From: Spirochaetota bacterium
GTDB lineage: Bacteria > Spirochaetota > UBA4802 > UBA5550
DNA length: 41,720 nt
Reading direction: 5' to 3'
Assembly: GCA_050298055.1 (NCBI GenBank)
Contig: JBNKTL010000046.1
Span: 1-41,720 of the forward strand
Below the pieces are notes generated by a model. That model did no database searches, had not been told where the DNA came from, and saw only the letters and a list, made by a program, of their open reading frames with translations. This document shows, piece after piece, positions 1-9,146 of this stretch (within the stretch, counting starts at the first letter, position 1; the number at the start of each line of letters is the position of its first letter). The position numbers and the translations under genes were made by a program.

Positions 1-2
1 CA

Positions 3-1313
3 CTTATTCTTCTTTTCTTATTTATTGTCCAGATCAATTTACCTGTTTATCCCCAGCTCATTAAAAGAAATGATGTGTTAATGAGAAACGGTGATGACAG
101 GGAATTTCAGGATCTCCACATCTTCTGCAGGAAGAAATTCTACTATATTACATTTGACCTGATTGACGACGAAAATGTTATTTCTGAGATATACCAGCCC
201 ATGGAACATCACCTGTTTATCATAAGGCATGAATATATCGAGCCGATCAAACGGATCATCGAATCGGAAAATTTCCTGGAAGAGGTCTTGAGAGTATACA
301 GTGAATACAAGCTCAAGATGAAAGAGCTCATATCAAAAAGACAGTATAAGATTATTTCCGCGCTCAGTTTTAAAAGCCAGGGATTAATTTCAACCGAGCT
401 TTATAAGCTGAACAGTGAATACAGGAATCTCATCAACCAGCTGGAAGATAAGCTCTATAAGAATATTATCGAAAAGATACTTTTAGGATCACCTGTGGTC
501 CGGGATTACCCTGAATACACCGGGATGGAGATAACGCCAAAACAGGGGGTCTACGAGGAATTTAAGACCGTTAATTATACAACCAAAAACCTCAAGAGAA
601 AGAGTTTCAAAGAACCGGAACTCCTGGACCTTGTAAATGAGAATATGGAAATATATAAAGAGTGGGCCAAAGGTTTTGATAAACTGAAAAGCCTCTCATC
701 GAGACTCCGGATGATTGAAAAAGACCTGAAAAGAAGTACCACTTCCGGGAAAATACGGAGTCTTTGCAGGAAGCTCAACAGTTCCTCCCATAAATGGCTT
801 GCGGGAATGGTCAAGATCGAGATAGATTATCTCAACTACAGGGAGAACCTGAAAACACTGGAGGAGTTTCTTGAAGAGAAGATCAAGATAATCGATAAAG
901 TCAGATACCAGGAAGAGGGGGAGACCGATGAAGAGGTTGAGGAGAGAAAAAGGGAAATCGAGACGGAGGAACAGGAGAAACAGTATGAGGACAGCGAAGA
1001 CCGGAGAGAAAGACGGAAAGAGAACACGAGAGTAAAAACCGTAAACAGGGACATAAAGAAGATAATATCGGAAATAGCAAATATTCAGGTGAAAAGACCG
1101 GAGTATGAAAACATACAGAAAACAATGATAAAGTTCAGGACCCTCATAGACAAAAAGGAGGAGGAGGCCCGGGACTATATCCGGGAAAAGAGAGAGAAAC
1201 CCTGGAAAGACTTTGTAAAAAGCTGGTGGAAGCAATACGATACAATTCCCCGAAAGGTCTACATCTTCCCCGATGTTTATAATGAGAAAAAACAGGAATG
1301 GAAGGATGATTAA
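3..1313 (+). CDS. Hypothetical exported, coiled-coil-rich protein (5'-truncated by the window edge)
   Basis: The frame of the 75..1313 ORF is open back to position 3 (LILLFLFIVQINLPVYPQLIKRNDV...), a hydrophobic signal-peptide-like stretch, so the true start is upstream of the window. The body is E/K/R-rich and helical; no family recognised. Confidence 0.75.
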   Translation, partial: LILLFLFIVQINLPVYPQLIKRNDVLMRNGDDREFQDLHIFCRKKFYYITFDLIDDENVISEIYQPMEHHLFIIRHEYIEPIKRIIESENFLEEVLRVYSEYKLKMKELISKRQYKIISALSFKSQGLISTELYKLNSEYRNLINQLEDKLYKNIIEKILLGSPVVRDYPEYTGMEITPKQGVYEEFKTVNYTTKNLKRKSFKEPELLDLVNENMEIYKEWAKGFDKLKSLSSRLRMIEKDLKRSTTSGKIRSLCRKLNSSSHKWLAGMVKIEIDYLNYRENLKTLEEFLEEKIKIIDKVRYQEEGETDEEVEERKREIETEEQEKQYEDSEDRRERRKENTRVKTVNRDIKKIISEIANIQVKRPEYENIQKTMIKFRTLIDKKEEEARDYIREKREKPWKDFVKSWWKQYDTIPRKVYIFPDVYNEKKQEWKDD

Positions 1314-1327
1314 TAAAATAATGTGAA

Positions 1328-3370
1328 ATGGCAATAAAAAATATTTTTAACTTCATACCGGCCCTCTTAAAATCCTTCCGGAATATTAAGAAAGGCAGTT
1401 CGTATAAAGAGACAGATGAATACGAGAATCTCTATCAGTCCAGGGAACTTGCCGAACTGGCAAACAGGGCCAAAAGCGATTTTCTCGCAAACATCAGCCA
1501 TGAAATCAGAACACCTCTGAACAACATCCAGGGCTACATTGAACTCATGGAACGTACCCCCCTTAATGTAAAACAGTACAAGTACCTGCATATCATAAAC
1601 AAGAGCGCAAACGATTTACTGGGCCTGATCAATGATGTTCTTGACTTCACGAAAATAGAAAACATGAAAATGGAAATTGACGCTCTCCCTTTCAGGTTTG
1701 TAAGTGAAATCCAGTCTGTTATTGAACTCTTCAACCTCAAGGCACAGAAAAAAAATATCAGACTCCTCTCTTTCATTGAACCGGATATTCCCCCTGAACT
1801 TATCGGAGACCCCCTGCGCATCAAACAGGTCCTTACGAATCTCCTGAGCAATGCCGTAAAGTTCACCCATGACGAAGGCATTATCAATATTGATATCACA
1901 CGGGTTAAAGAGGAGGAAACTTCCCTAGAATTGTGTTTCTCCGTGAAAGATAACGGGATCGGAATCACAGAAAACAGGCAGAAAGAGATATTTGAATCGT
2001 TTGTCCAGGAAGGAAGGTTTGTCTCAAGCAGGTATGGCGGTACAGGTCTTGGTCTGAGCATCTGCAAAAACCTTGTCAAACTCATGGGGGGCACACTGCA
2101 GCTTGAAAGTCAAAGGGGTACCGGCAGCAGGTTTTTCTTTAACATTACACTCAGCAAAAGTCAAGAAAGGCATGAGAATGAAGTCCGTAAAGATTACAAT
2201 ATTTCCCTGAAAACCGCTGTATTGTCCCATAGTGAAAACGACCTTCTCTATAAAAATCTCTTAAAAAAATACCTGGATTCCATGAACTTTTATCTTCTTG
2301 AAGAGTACCATGAAGTAAAGGAAAAGGATATTGATCTGTTTTTCTATCTCATCAGCAGCAGTAATCCGGAAGACCTCCCCCCCCTGTTGAAAAAAGAAAA
2401 GGATTTTAAAGTCATTGCCATTGAGGACGATTTGATTGTTGAAAACAGTGATGCATTAAAAAATATATTTGACGCATCTATTCACCAGCCCCTGAACGCT
2501 GTGAAAATACTCAAAGCAATTTCTGAAATCTATCCCGGCTCACCATACAGATTCAGGACAGCAAAAACGGAAGATACCGGGCAGGGCACGATCTATAATG
2601 CAAAGGTCCTTGTTGCAGACGATAATACCGACAGCCGTAATTTTGTAAAAATCATGCTGAACAACCTGGAAATAGATGCTGATACCGCGGAAAACGGGCT
2701 GGACGCAGTTAATAAAATTGGAAAAAATCACTATGACCTCGTTTTTCTCGATATGAACATGCCTGTTTACACCGGCATTGAGGTTGTTGAAATTGCCCTG
2801 GAAAGGGAAAAGGAGAAAAGCCTTCAACACACTCCCTTTGTTGCTCTCACGGCACGTGCTGTTAAAGGGGACAGGGAGCTTTTCCTCTCTTCGGGATTTG
2901 ATGACTATATTGCCAAACCGGTAAACAGAAAAAAGCTGAAAGAGATGCTGGACAGATACCTCTTTCACCTGAAAAAACTTCAGCCTGAAGAGCAGGAAAT
3001 TAAGGAGACCGATACCGGCCATGAGAACAGACCCGGTGAACAGTATGATATTAATGCCGCCGCAAAAGAAATGGGGATAAGCAGACCTCAACTTTTAAAA
3101 ATATTACCAGCATCTTTTCAAAGAATAGACAGAGACCTTGAAGCATTGAAAAACGCAATTGACAATAATGATTTAGAAAATATCTATGAGTTCTCACACA
3201 AGATAAAAGGCACCTTTTACAATTTTCTCTTCAACAGTATAGGAAATATTGCCCGTGAAATAGAAATAAATTCAAACGAAAAAAAAGATGTTGATTATAA
3301 TAATCTTTTTAATAATATAATCACAGGTATTGGGTTACTGAAAGAAAGCATAAATAAAAATAAAAAGTAA
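1328..3370 (+). CDS. Hybrid histidine kinase (HisKA-HATPase-degenerate REC-REC-Hpt) with no obvious sensor domain
   Basis: H-box AKSDFLANISHEIRTPL, N-box QVLTNLLSNAVKFT, G1 DNGIGI, G2 GGTGLGL, receiver VLVADD...LVFLDMNMP...KP, C-terminal Hpt-like FSHKIKG. Confidence 0.93.
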   Translation: MAIKNIFNFIPALLKSFRNIKKGSSYKETDEYENLYQSRELAELANRAKSDFLANISHEIRTPLNNIQGYIELMERTPLNVKQYKYLHIINKSANDLLGLINDVLDFTKIENMKMEIDALPFRFVSEIQSVIELFNLKAQKKNIRLLSFIEPDIPPELIGDPLRIKQVLTNLLSNAVKFTHDEGIINIDITRVKEEETSLELCFSVKDNGIGITENRQKEIFESFVQEGRFVSSRYGGTGLGLSICKNLVKLMGGTLQLESQRGTGSRFFFNITLSKSQERHENEVRKDYNISLKTAVLSHSENDLLYKNLLKKYLDSMNFYLLEEYHEVKEKDIDLFFYLISSSNPEDLPPLLKKEKDFKVIAIEDDLIVENSDALKNIFDASIHQPLNAVKILKAISEIYPGSPYRFRTAKTEDTGQGTIYNAKVLVADDNTDSRNFVKIMLNNLEIDADTAENGLDAVNKIGKNHYDLVFLDMNMPVYTGIEVVEIALEREKEKSLQHTPFVALTARAVKGDRELFLSSGFDDYIAKPVNRKKLKEMLDRYLFHLKKLQPEEQEIKETDTGHENRPGEQYDINAAAKEMGISRPQLLKILPASFQRIDRDLEALKNAIDNNDLENIYEFSHKIKGTFYNFLFNSIGNIAREIEINSNEKKDVDYNNLFNNIITGIGLLKESINKNKK

Positions 3371-3495
3371 CGACTCAGCTATGTATAAAATAATAAACAA
3401 AATACCTGATATGTGCCCGCCGCCTTCGGCGGCGGGCACATATTGTTGGTTTTTATATTATATATACATATTTTGCCATATAGCTGAGTAATTAC
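3367..3495. repeat. MITE/REP-like element with terminal inverted repeats and a central GC-rich palindrome (copy 1)
   Basis: Ends GTAACGACTCAGCTAT / ATAGCTGAGTAATTAC are inverted repeats (14/16). Central perfect 16-bp stem ATATGTGCCCGCCGCC-TTC-GGCGGCGGGCACATAT (3409-3443). Related copy at ~17264-17395. Confidence 0.65.
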
Positions 3496-3546
3496 AATAA
3501 AAATAAAAGTAATGACTTAGTAAGATATTGCGATTAAGGTGTTCCC

Positions 3547-4311
3547 ATGGATATTGTTCTTTTTATTGATGATGACCGGTCTTTTCTCGATGTTGTTGAG
3601 GCCCAGCTTTCCGGTAACAGTTTCAGGGTCTTCACCAGTACTTCGGGAAGTGAAGGCCTGAAAACCGCATCCTCGCTTAACCCGGACCTGATCATCTGCG
3701 ATATCCATATGCCGGGAATGGACGGCTTCGAAGTCCTGAAAAACCTCAGAAGGGACACTATAACAAAAACCATTCCCGTTATCATGCTTACGGGAATTAC
3801 CCATAAGGAAGCGCTCTACAAGGCAATGCGGTATAATATTGTGGATTATATCATAAAACCGTATAAACCCGATCTCCTGATAAAAAAAATGCACGCAGCA
3901 ATCCATTACAATAAATTAAAAAAGGAAAGGGAGATATCGGATGAGAGTGAACATCTCTTAATAAGCAGGGACACCGACTCTGTCATCATTTCATTTAACA
4001 CTCCCCTTAAATCGACAGGATTAATATCAGAAATTAAAAATGTTTTCAGCAGTTTTTTTCTCAGGTCACTTGCAGATAAAAAGTGCATTATTGACCTGCG
4101 GTCCCTTGACGAAATGGGGCCCGATGACACAAAAGTCCTGGGACTGGTAATAAAGCTCTTCGGGACCAGGGAACTTCTTATTATCGCGGGAAGGCATTAC
4201 GGTGAAATTGTAGCCAGTCCAAAACTCGATGACATTATCTTCGGTGAGACGACACATCTCTTCATCTCCTATGGAGACATGGAGATATTTCTCCAGAAAA
4301 AAGCAGGCTAA
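3547..4311 (+). CDS. Response regulator: N-terminal receiver with a possible STAS-like C-terminal domain
   Basis: VLFIDDD...LIICDIHMPGMDG...MLTG...YIIKPY receiver motifs. The C-terminal IIDLRSLDEMG pattern resembles STAS (inference). Confidence 0.85.
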   Translation: MDIVLFIDDDRSFLDVVEAQLSGNSFRVFTSTSGSEGLKTASSLNPDLIICDIHMPGMDGFEVLKNLRRDTITKTIPVIMLTGITHKEALYKAMRYNIVDYIIKPYKPDLLIKKMHAAIHYNKLKKEREISDESEHLLISRDTDSVIISFNTPLKSTGLISEIKNVFSSFFLRSLADKKCIIDLRSLDEMGPDDTKVLGLVIKLFGTRELLIIAGRHYGEIVASPKLDDIIFGETTHLFISYGDMEIFLQKKAG

Positions 4312-4314
4312 ATA

Positions 4315-4341
4315 AAAAGGGCGCCCCACGGGCACCCTTTT
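4315..4341. terminator. Bidirectional intrinsic terminator between convergent genes
   Basis: AAAAGGGCGCCC-CAC-GGGCACCCTTTT hairpin with A/T tails on both sides, between the response regulator (+) and the paralog array (-). Confidence 0.75.
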
Positions 4342-4372
4342 GTTCCTTTAATGATCTCTCATAATCCGCTTT

Positions 4373-6010
4373 CTATTGACCCTGTGCCTCTCCTTCCGGC
4401 TCTACCAGTTTCGGCAGACAGTACTTGTCGATAATCTCATTCTGGTATTCACCCATCCACCGCGTGACCGGTATACACGATTCGATCTCCCGGTAGCTTT
4501 TGCCGAAGATGCCGAGCTTCATCATCTCATTGATGCATTTTGCGGCCCCTTCATATGCAACTTCCTTGGAACCGTTGAGTGTCTGTATGGTGAATTTCTT
4601 TGTGCTGTCACCATACATGAACGACCTCTCTGTCTTCAAAATCTTATCGATATTTGCCTGGGAGACAATCTCGTTAAGGGTTGTCAGTTTAAGTGTTTCA
4701 TTGGGATTATTGTTGTTAATGACCAGCCTGTTTTGAAAATCTTTGTGGATCTGGTCAGAGATAGTGCCGTCTTCATTTTTCACGTACCAGTTGTACCTGA
4801 TGTTCTTCCTGCAGAGTTTGGACTTGTAGTACATGTTCATGAGGTTGCGGTCCGCCCGCTCAATTTCAATGAGGAATTCCGCGTTGGAGTTGAGGATCTG
4901 CTTCTTCTCAAAGAGGGACATCTTCCGTTTCTCCTCTGTCCCGTCAGGTTTTTTATAGACCGAGAAAGTGTCCTGCGAGAGGCTGATCAGGTTCTGAAAC
5001 TGCGTGTTCTCTACCCAGGGAACAACCTCTATACTTGAGACCTTCCCGGTCCTCGGGTTCTGCATGGACATAAAGGCGTCCTTGATGGCAGCCTTGAATG
5101 TTTCAAGGTCATATGATATGATCGAAGCCTTTTCATTTTTCCCCAGGCCGAAGGCAAGGGTTGTAATGCTCAGGTGTTTGGACGCGACCTCCTCCTGGAA
5201 CTTCTCACTGAGCTTTTCACTCTCGGTCTTCTGTCCCGTCTGCCACTCCCTGTTATACTCGCCCGCAGCCCTGTTCCCGTATTTCCATTTGCTCGTATAT
5301 GCCCTGAAGCTCTTTATCTGGGTCTCAAGTTTACCTTCAAACTCAGAGTCGCTGTTCCTTTTCTCGGTTTTATATTCAAAAAAGGAGAGAAAAGTTGCCT
5401 TCCTTCCTATTGACCTCACATAGTATGGGCCGCAACTGTTGAAGAAACCGGGAATATCGTTATTGAGAAGGAGCTGTGATGCCGACTGGCTCATCTTTGA
5501 TTTGGCTTCATCCACTGAAGCATAGTAGCTGTAAATATCGATTGAAACGGTAATCACATGACTATAAAGGTCAACGGTGTCTACTGTTGTCTTTTTACCG
5601 ACCTTATTCTGCTGTTTCCTGATAATCTCCCTGTACTCAGAAGAACCGCTCCACTGTCCCCAGCCTTTCCAGGCCCAGGAGCCTAATTTCTTTGAGGTTT
5701 CCGTTCCCGGCCCTGCGGCCTCCTTTGTATCTCCCGACGTTGTGGCCCGTTTTTTCGTTGTATCTTCCATTGAAGTGAATTTATAGGTGAAGTCGTACGA
5801 GGGTTCGGTCAGTACAACATTTTCCAGGCAGGTTGACTGAAACGTATTGGACCCGATTGAGTACCCCCTGCCCAGGACAGGTGTGGCCAGTGTGTCCCGT
5901 ATCCTGCTGTCCTGGATAACCGTGGGCGCCGCGAAAATACTGCTTCCGGCTGCTGTTGTCACTATTACAGCAACGGCCAGTACTACTTTCTTCCCTTTCA
6001 TTCTTATCAT
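4373..6010 (-). CDS. Secreted MACPF-like family protein, paralog 1
   Basis: Signal peptide; TPVLGRGYSIGSNTFQSTC, FFNSCGPYYVRSIGR, AFGLGKNEKA, EVVPWVENT, KYCLP; six conserved Cys; RBS AAGGAG upstream. The CDS is solid; the fold assignment is inference. Confidence 0.7.
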   Translation of the reverse strand: MIRMKGKKVVLAVAVIVTTAAGSSIFAAPTVIQDSRIRDTLATPVLGRGYSIGSNTFQSTCLENVVLTEPSYDFTYKFTSMEDTTKKRATTSGDTKEAAGPGTETSKKLGSWAWKGWGQWSGSSEYREIIRKQQNKVGKKTTVDTVDLYSHVITVSIDIYSYYASVDEAKSKMSQSASQLLLNNDIPGFFNSCGPYYVRSIGRKATFLSFFEYKTEKRNSDSEFEGKLETQIKSFRAYTSKWKYGNRAAGEYNREWQTGQKTESEKLSEKFQEEVASKHLSITTLAFGLGKNEKASIISYDLETFKAAIKDAFMSMQNPRTGKVSSIEVVPWVENTQFQNLISLSQDTFSVYKKPDGTEEKRKMSLFEKKQILNSNAEFLIEIERADRNLMNMYYKSKLCRKNIRYNWYVKNEDGTISDQIHKDFQNRLVINNNNPNETLKLTTLNEIVSQANIDKILKTERSFMYGDSTKKFTIQTLNGSKEVAYEGAAKCINEMMKLGIFGKSYREIESCIPVTRWMGEYQNEIIDKYCLPKLVEPEGEAQGQ

Positions 6011-6083
6011 GATATCACTCCTTCTTGTTAAATAACAGCTCGCATATATCTTGTTAAATCATTTTTCCGCAAAAGACCCGTAA

Positions 6084-7529
6084 TCACTCTGCTTTCGGTT
6101 TTGCCAGTGTGGGCATACAGTAATCATCGATAACACTGTTGACCTTGGGAACAAACTTGTTCCTCAGCGCCTTGCATACGGGAATATCACGCCAGCTCTT
6201 TTTAAAGATCCCCTGGTTCATGATCTCCTTAATACACTGGGCGGCCCCGTCGTTTCCGTACATAAAATCCTCTTCATCCTGGTAGAGCCTTTCAATGGCT
6301 TCCGGACTGAGCTCCCTGTCCAGCTCCGCGATTTTCATTGTTTTGGGATACCTGTTGTTCTGAATATCAGCATCCTCAAGACCGGGCATAAACTTTCCTT
6401 CCCTCTTCCAGTTTGAATCAATAATGTTCCTGCATATCAAAGCCTTATAATAGAGGTCCGTAAGCGTACGGGCAGTCCTGTCAATTCTCGCGAGAAACTC
6501 GGCATTCAGGTTCAGGATATGCTTCTTTTCAAAGAGAAGGAGTTTCTTCCCCTTTTCATTCTCGGTATCTTCTTCCAGCTTGATAAAATTCTGGAACTCG
6601 GCATTTTCAACCCAGGGAACGATCTCCATGGTGGTGACCCTTCCTGTCATGGCATCCTGCATGGACATAAACGCGTCCTTGATTGCCGCTTTATATGTGG
6701 GCAGGTCATAGGCGATAAGTGTGGCATTCTCATTCTTCCCAAGGCCCCACGCCTTTGTGGTAATGGTGAGTTTTTTCTTCCGCGCCATGGATTCAAATGA
6801 GGATTTTACGCTTAAATTGAGTGACGCGCCTCCGCCTCCCATGACCTTCACAAGGGATGACCCGAAGCCCTTGATGGCCAGCTCAAGCTGCATCTCGAAC
6901 TCCTTGTTTCTTTCTGTACTTTCATCAAGGTAGGTAAAGATCGACACAAATTTCGCATTTCTTCCCAGTGACCGGATATAGTATGAACCGCAGCTGTGGA
7001 AAAAACCGGGAATGTCATTGTTCAGGAGGAGCGTCTTTGAAGCGTCACCGAGCCGGGTATTGCTCTCATCAACCGACGCATAGTAGGTGTCAACATTGAT
7101 GTCCACCCTTATGTTGTGATAGAACATCCTCTTACCCTCAACCGTTGTAGACGAACCGCTTGTCTTCACATCAAAGGCAAGATAGCTCAGGTCCACCTTC
7201 CCGCTCACAGTAGATGCCTTTTTCTCGGTGTCCTCTTTCTCCATGGATTTGAAGGTGTAGTCAAAGTCGTATGAGGGCTTGGTGATCTTGATGTCCTTCA
7301 TACACGTGGACTGGTAGGTATTTGTTGCCAGGGAATAGCCCCGGCCAAGTACCGGTGTTGTGGCAAGGTCCGAGATCCTGTTGTCCCGAATAATTGTGGG
7401 CCCTCCGGACAATCCGCCGTGCATTATTATAACAACTGAAGCAGTGAATAATATGATACTGAGTATGTTCTTTTTCATTAAATAATTCCCGGACTTGCGC
7501 TTTTTTTTATTTCCTGGATATATATTCAT
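6084..7529 (-). CDS. Secreted MACPF-like family protein, paralog 2 (alternative start 7478)
   Basis: Same motif series: TPVLGRGYSLATNTYQSTC, FFHSCGSYYIRSLGR, AWGLGKNE, EIVPWVENA, DYCMP; signal peptide from MKKNILS. Confidence 0.7.
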   Translation of the reverse strand: MNIYPGNKKKRKSGNYLMKKNILSIILFTASVVIIMHGGLSGGPTIIRDNRISDLATTPVLGRGYSLATNTYQSTCMKDIKITKPSYDFDYTFKSMEKEDTEKKASTVSGKVDLSYLAFDVKTSGSSTTVEGKRMFYHNIRVDINVDTYYASVDESNTRLGDASKTLLLNNDIPGFFHSCGSYYIRSLGRNAKFVSIFTYLDESTERNKEFEMQLELAIKGFGSSLVKVMGGGGASLNLSVKSSFESMARKKKLTITTKAWGLGKNENATLIAYDLPTYKAAIKDAFMSMQDAMTGRVTTMEIVPWVENAEFQNFIKLEEDTENEKGKKLLLFEKKHILNLNAEFLARIDRTARTLTDLYYKALICRNIIDSNWKREGKFMPGLEDADIQNNRYPKTMKIAELDRELSPEAIERLYQDEEDFMYGNDGAAQCIKEIMNQGIFKKSWRDIPVCKALRNKFVPKVNSVIDDYCMPTLAKPKAE

Positions 7530-7551
7530 TTATCCTCATTCCTGTTAAGCC

Positions 7552-9114
7552 CTATTTCCTCTTCCTCTCACTTGTCAGTATAGGCATGCAGTAATTTTCT
7601 ACTGTTTCATCTTCAGCGTTTGCCATCTTCTCAATAAGATCATTGCACTCCTTAAACTCCCTGTAGCTTACCCTGAAAATTCCGCTTCTCATGATCTTCT
7701 TCATACAGGCTGCCGCTCCGCCGCCCGATTCAGCACCCGGAACACCTGAACTGCCGTACATAAAGATCTTTTCCCTTTTGAGAAATCCGTCAATACGTTC
7801 ATCGGTCAATACCTGGTCCAGCTTTGAAAGCATGATGGTTTCACCTGTTCGGTTATTGAGGATTTTGCTGTTCCTGTACTCAGGTTTCAGACTACCACGG
7901 TTCTTATAGTTTATATCGATCTGCTGTTTGCATATCTTGGCTTTATAGTAGATATTCATCATGTTCCTGTCAGCCCTTTCGATCTCCGCCAGGAACTCCG
8001 CATTCTGGTTGAGGAGCTGCTTTTTCTCATAGAGGAGAAGCTTTCTTGTTTTTGTCTTTAGCGGGCCCCCTCCGGGAACTCCTTCTTCAGACTTTACTGC
8101 GGCTTCCGGTTCATCCTCATTGAGCTTTATAAGGTCCTGGAACTCGGTATTCTCAACCCAGGGAACAACTTCAATACTGGAAACTTTCCCCGTCCGGGGA
8201 TTCTGCATTGAGAGAAATGCGTCCTTTATTGCCGCCTTGAATGTATCGATGTCATAGGATATCAGGGTCGCCTTCTCGTTCTTCCCCAGGCCGAACGCGG
8301 CAACGGTAATTGTCAGCTGCCGTGACGACGCGTTCCTCCTGAATTCATAGCCGGCATGATCAACGGTTGAGACTGTTCTTTCGTTAGTAGTTTCACCCTC
8401 TTCACCGGCAGTCTCCTCTTCCCCTTCACCTTTATTCATTGTCTTTTCCATCTTCTTGCCAAAGCCCTTTATCTGCTCCTCAAGCTGAGTCTCAAACCGG
8501 GCGTCCGTGGTATCGGTCCGGGTCTTGTAGGTGAATATTGAAACGAACTTGGCGTTTCTCCCTATTGACCGGACATAGTATGAGCCGCAGCTTGAGAAAA
8601 AACCGGGCAGATCTTTATTCAGGATAAGCTGTGCCGCCGTGTTGCTCATCTTCGTATTGCTTTCATCAACCGACGCGTAGTATGAGTTCAGGTTTATAAC
8701 AACAAATATGTGATGTGAGAATGTCTTTGTTTCGGTTGTAACGGCCGAAGTTGTTGTCCTTGTACCGGTCCTCTCTTCGGTGGACTCTTCGGACTTTCCT
8801 TCACTGAAAACCTTGTTTTTCAGCTGGTTGCGGAACTCGCTGCTGAAAGACTTTGTGTCAATATAGCGGAGATCACTCTCTTTTTCAAGGGAGTCAAAGG
8901 TATAGGTAAAATCGTACGAGGGTTCAGTGAGTTTAATTCCCGTAAGGCACGTTGACTGGAAAGTATTGGTAGAGATGGAATACCCTCTCCCCAACACAGG
9001 GGTTGTTGCGATATTGGTGATCCTGTTGTCCTGGATGATCGTCGGGCCCGAATAGGCAATACCGGAAATAACCGGAATCGCAATAGCCGCAAGTACCTTT
9101 TTAATTTTTTTCAT
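7552..9114 (-). CDS. Secreted MACPF-like family protein, paralog 3
   Basis: Signal peptide; TPVLGRGYSISTNTFQSTC, FFSSCGSYYVRSIGR, AFGLGKNE, EVVPWVENT, NYCMP; acidic and Thr-rich inserts. Confidence 0.7.
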   Translation of the reverse strand: MKKIKKVLAAIAIPVISGIAYSGPTIIQDNRITNIATTPVLGRGYSISTNTFQSTCLTGIKLTEPSYDFTYTFDSLEKESDLRYIDTKSFSSEFRNQLKNKVFSEGKSEESTEERTGTRTTTSAVTTETKTFSHHIFVVINLNSYYASVDESNTKMSNTAAQLILNKDLPGFFSSCGSYYVRSIGRNAKFVSIFTYKTRTDTTDARFETQLEEQIKGFGKKMEKTMNKGEGEEETAGEEGETTNERTVSTVDHAGYEFRRNASSRQLTITVAAFGLGKNEKATLISYDIDTFKAAIKDAFLSMQNPRTGKVSSIEVVPWVENTEFQDLIKLNEDEPEAAVKSEEGVPGGGPLKTKTRKLLLYEKKQLLNQNAEFLAEIERADRNMMNIYYKAKICKQQIDINYKNRGSLKPEYRNSKILNNRTGETIMLSKLDQVLTDERIDGFLKREKIFMYGSSGVPGAESGGGAAACMKKIMRSGIFRVSYREFKECNDLIEKMANAEDETVENYCMPILTSERKRK

Positions 9115-9146
9115 ACTCTTCCCTGATTCACTTTCCTTATACTTAT

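Noticed and set aside
696..1334. 212-aa hydrophobic minus-strand ORF
   Set aside because: Antisense of a Glu/Lys-rich gene, which translates to Phe/Leu artefactually.
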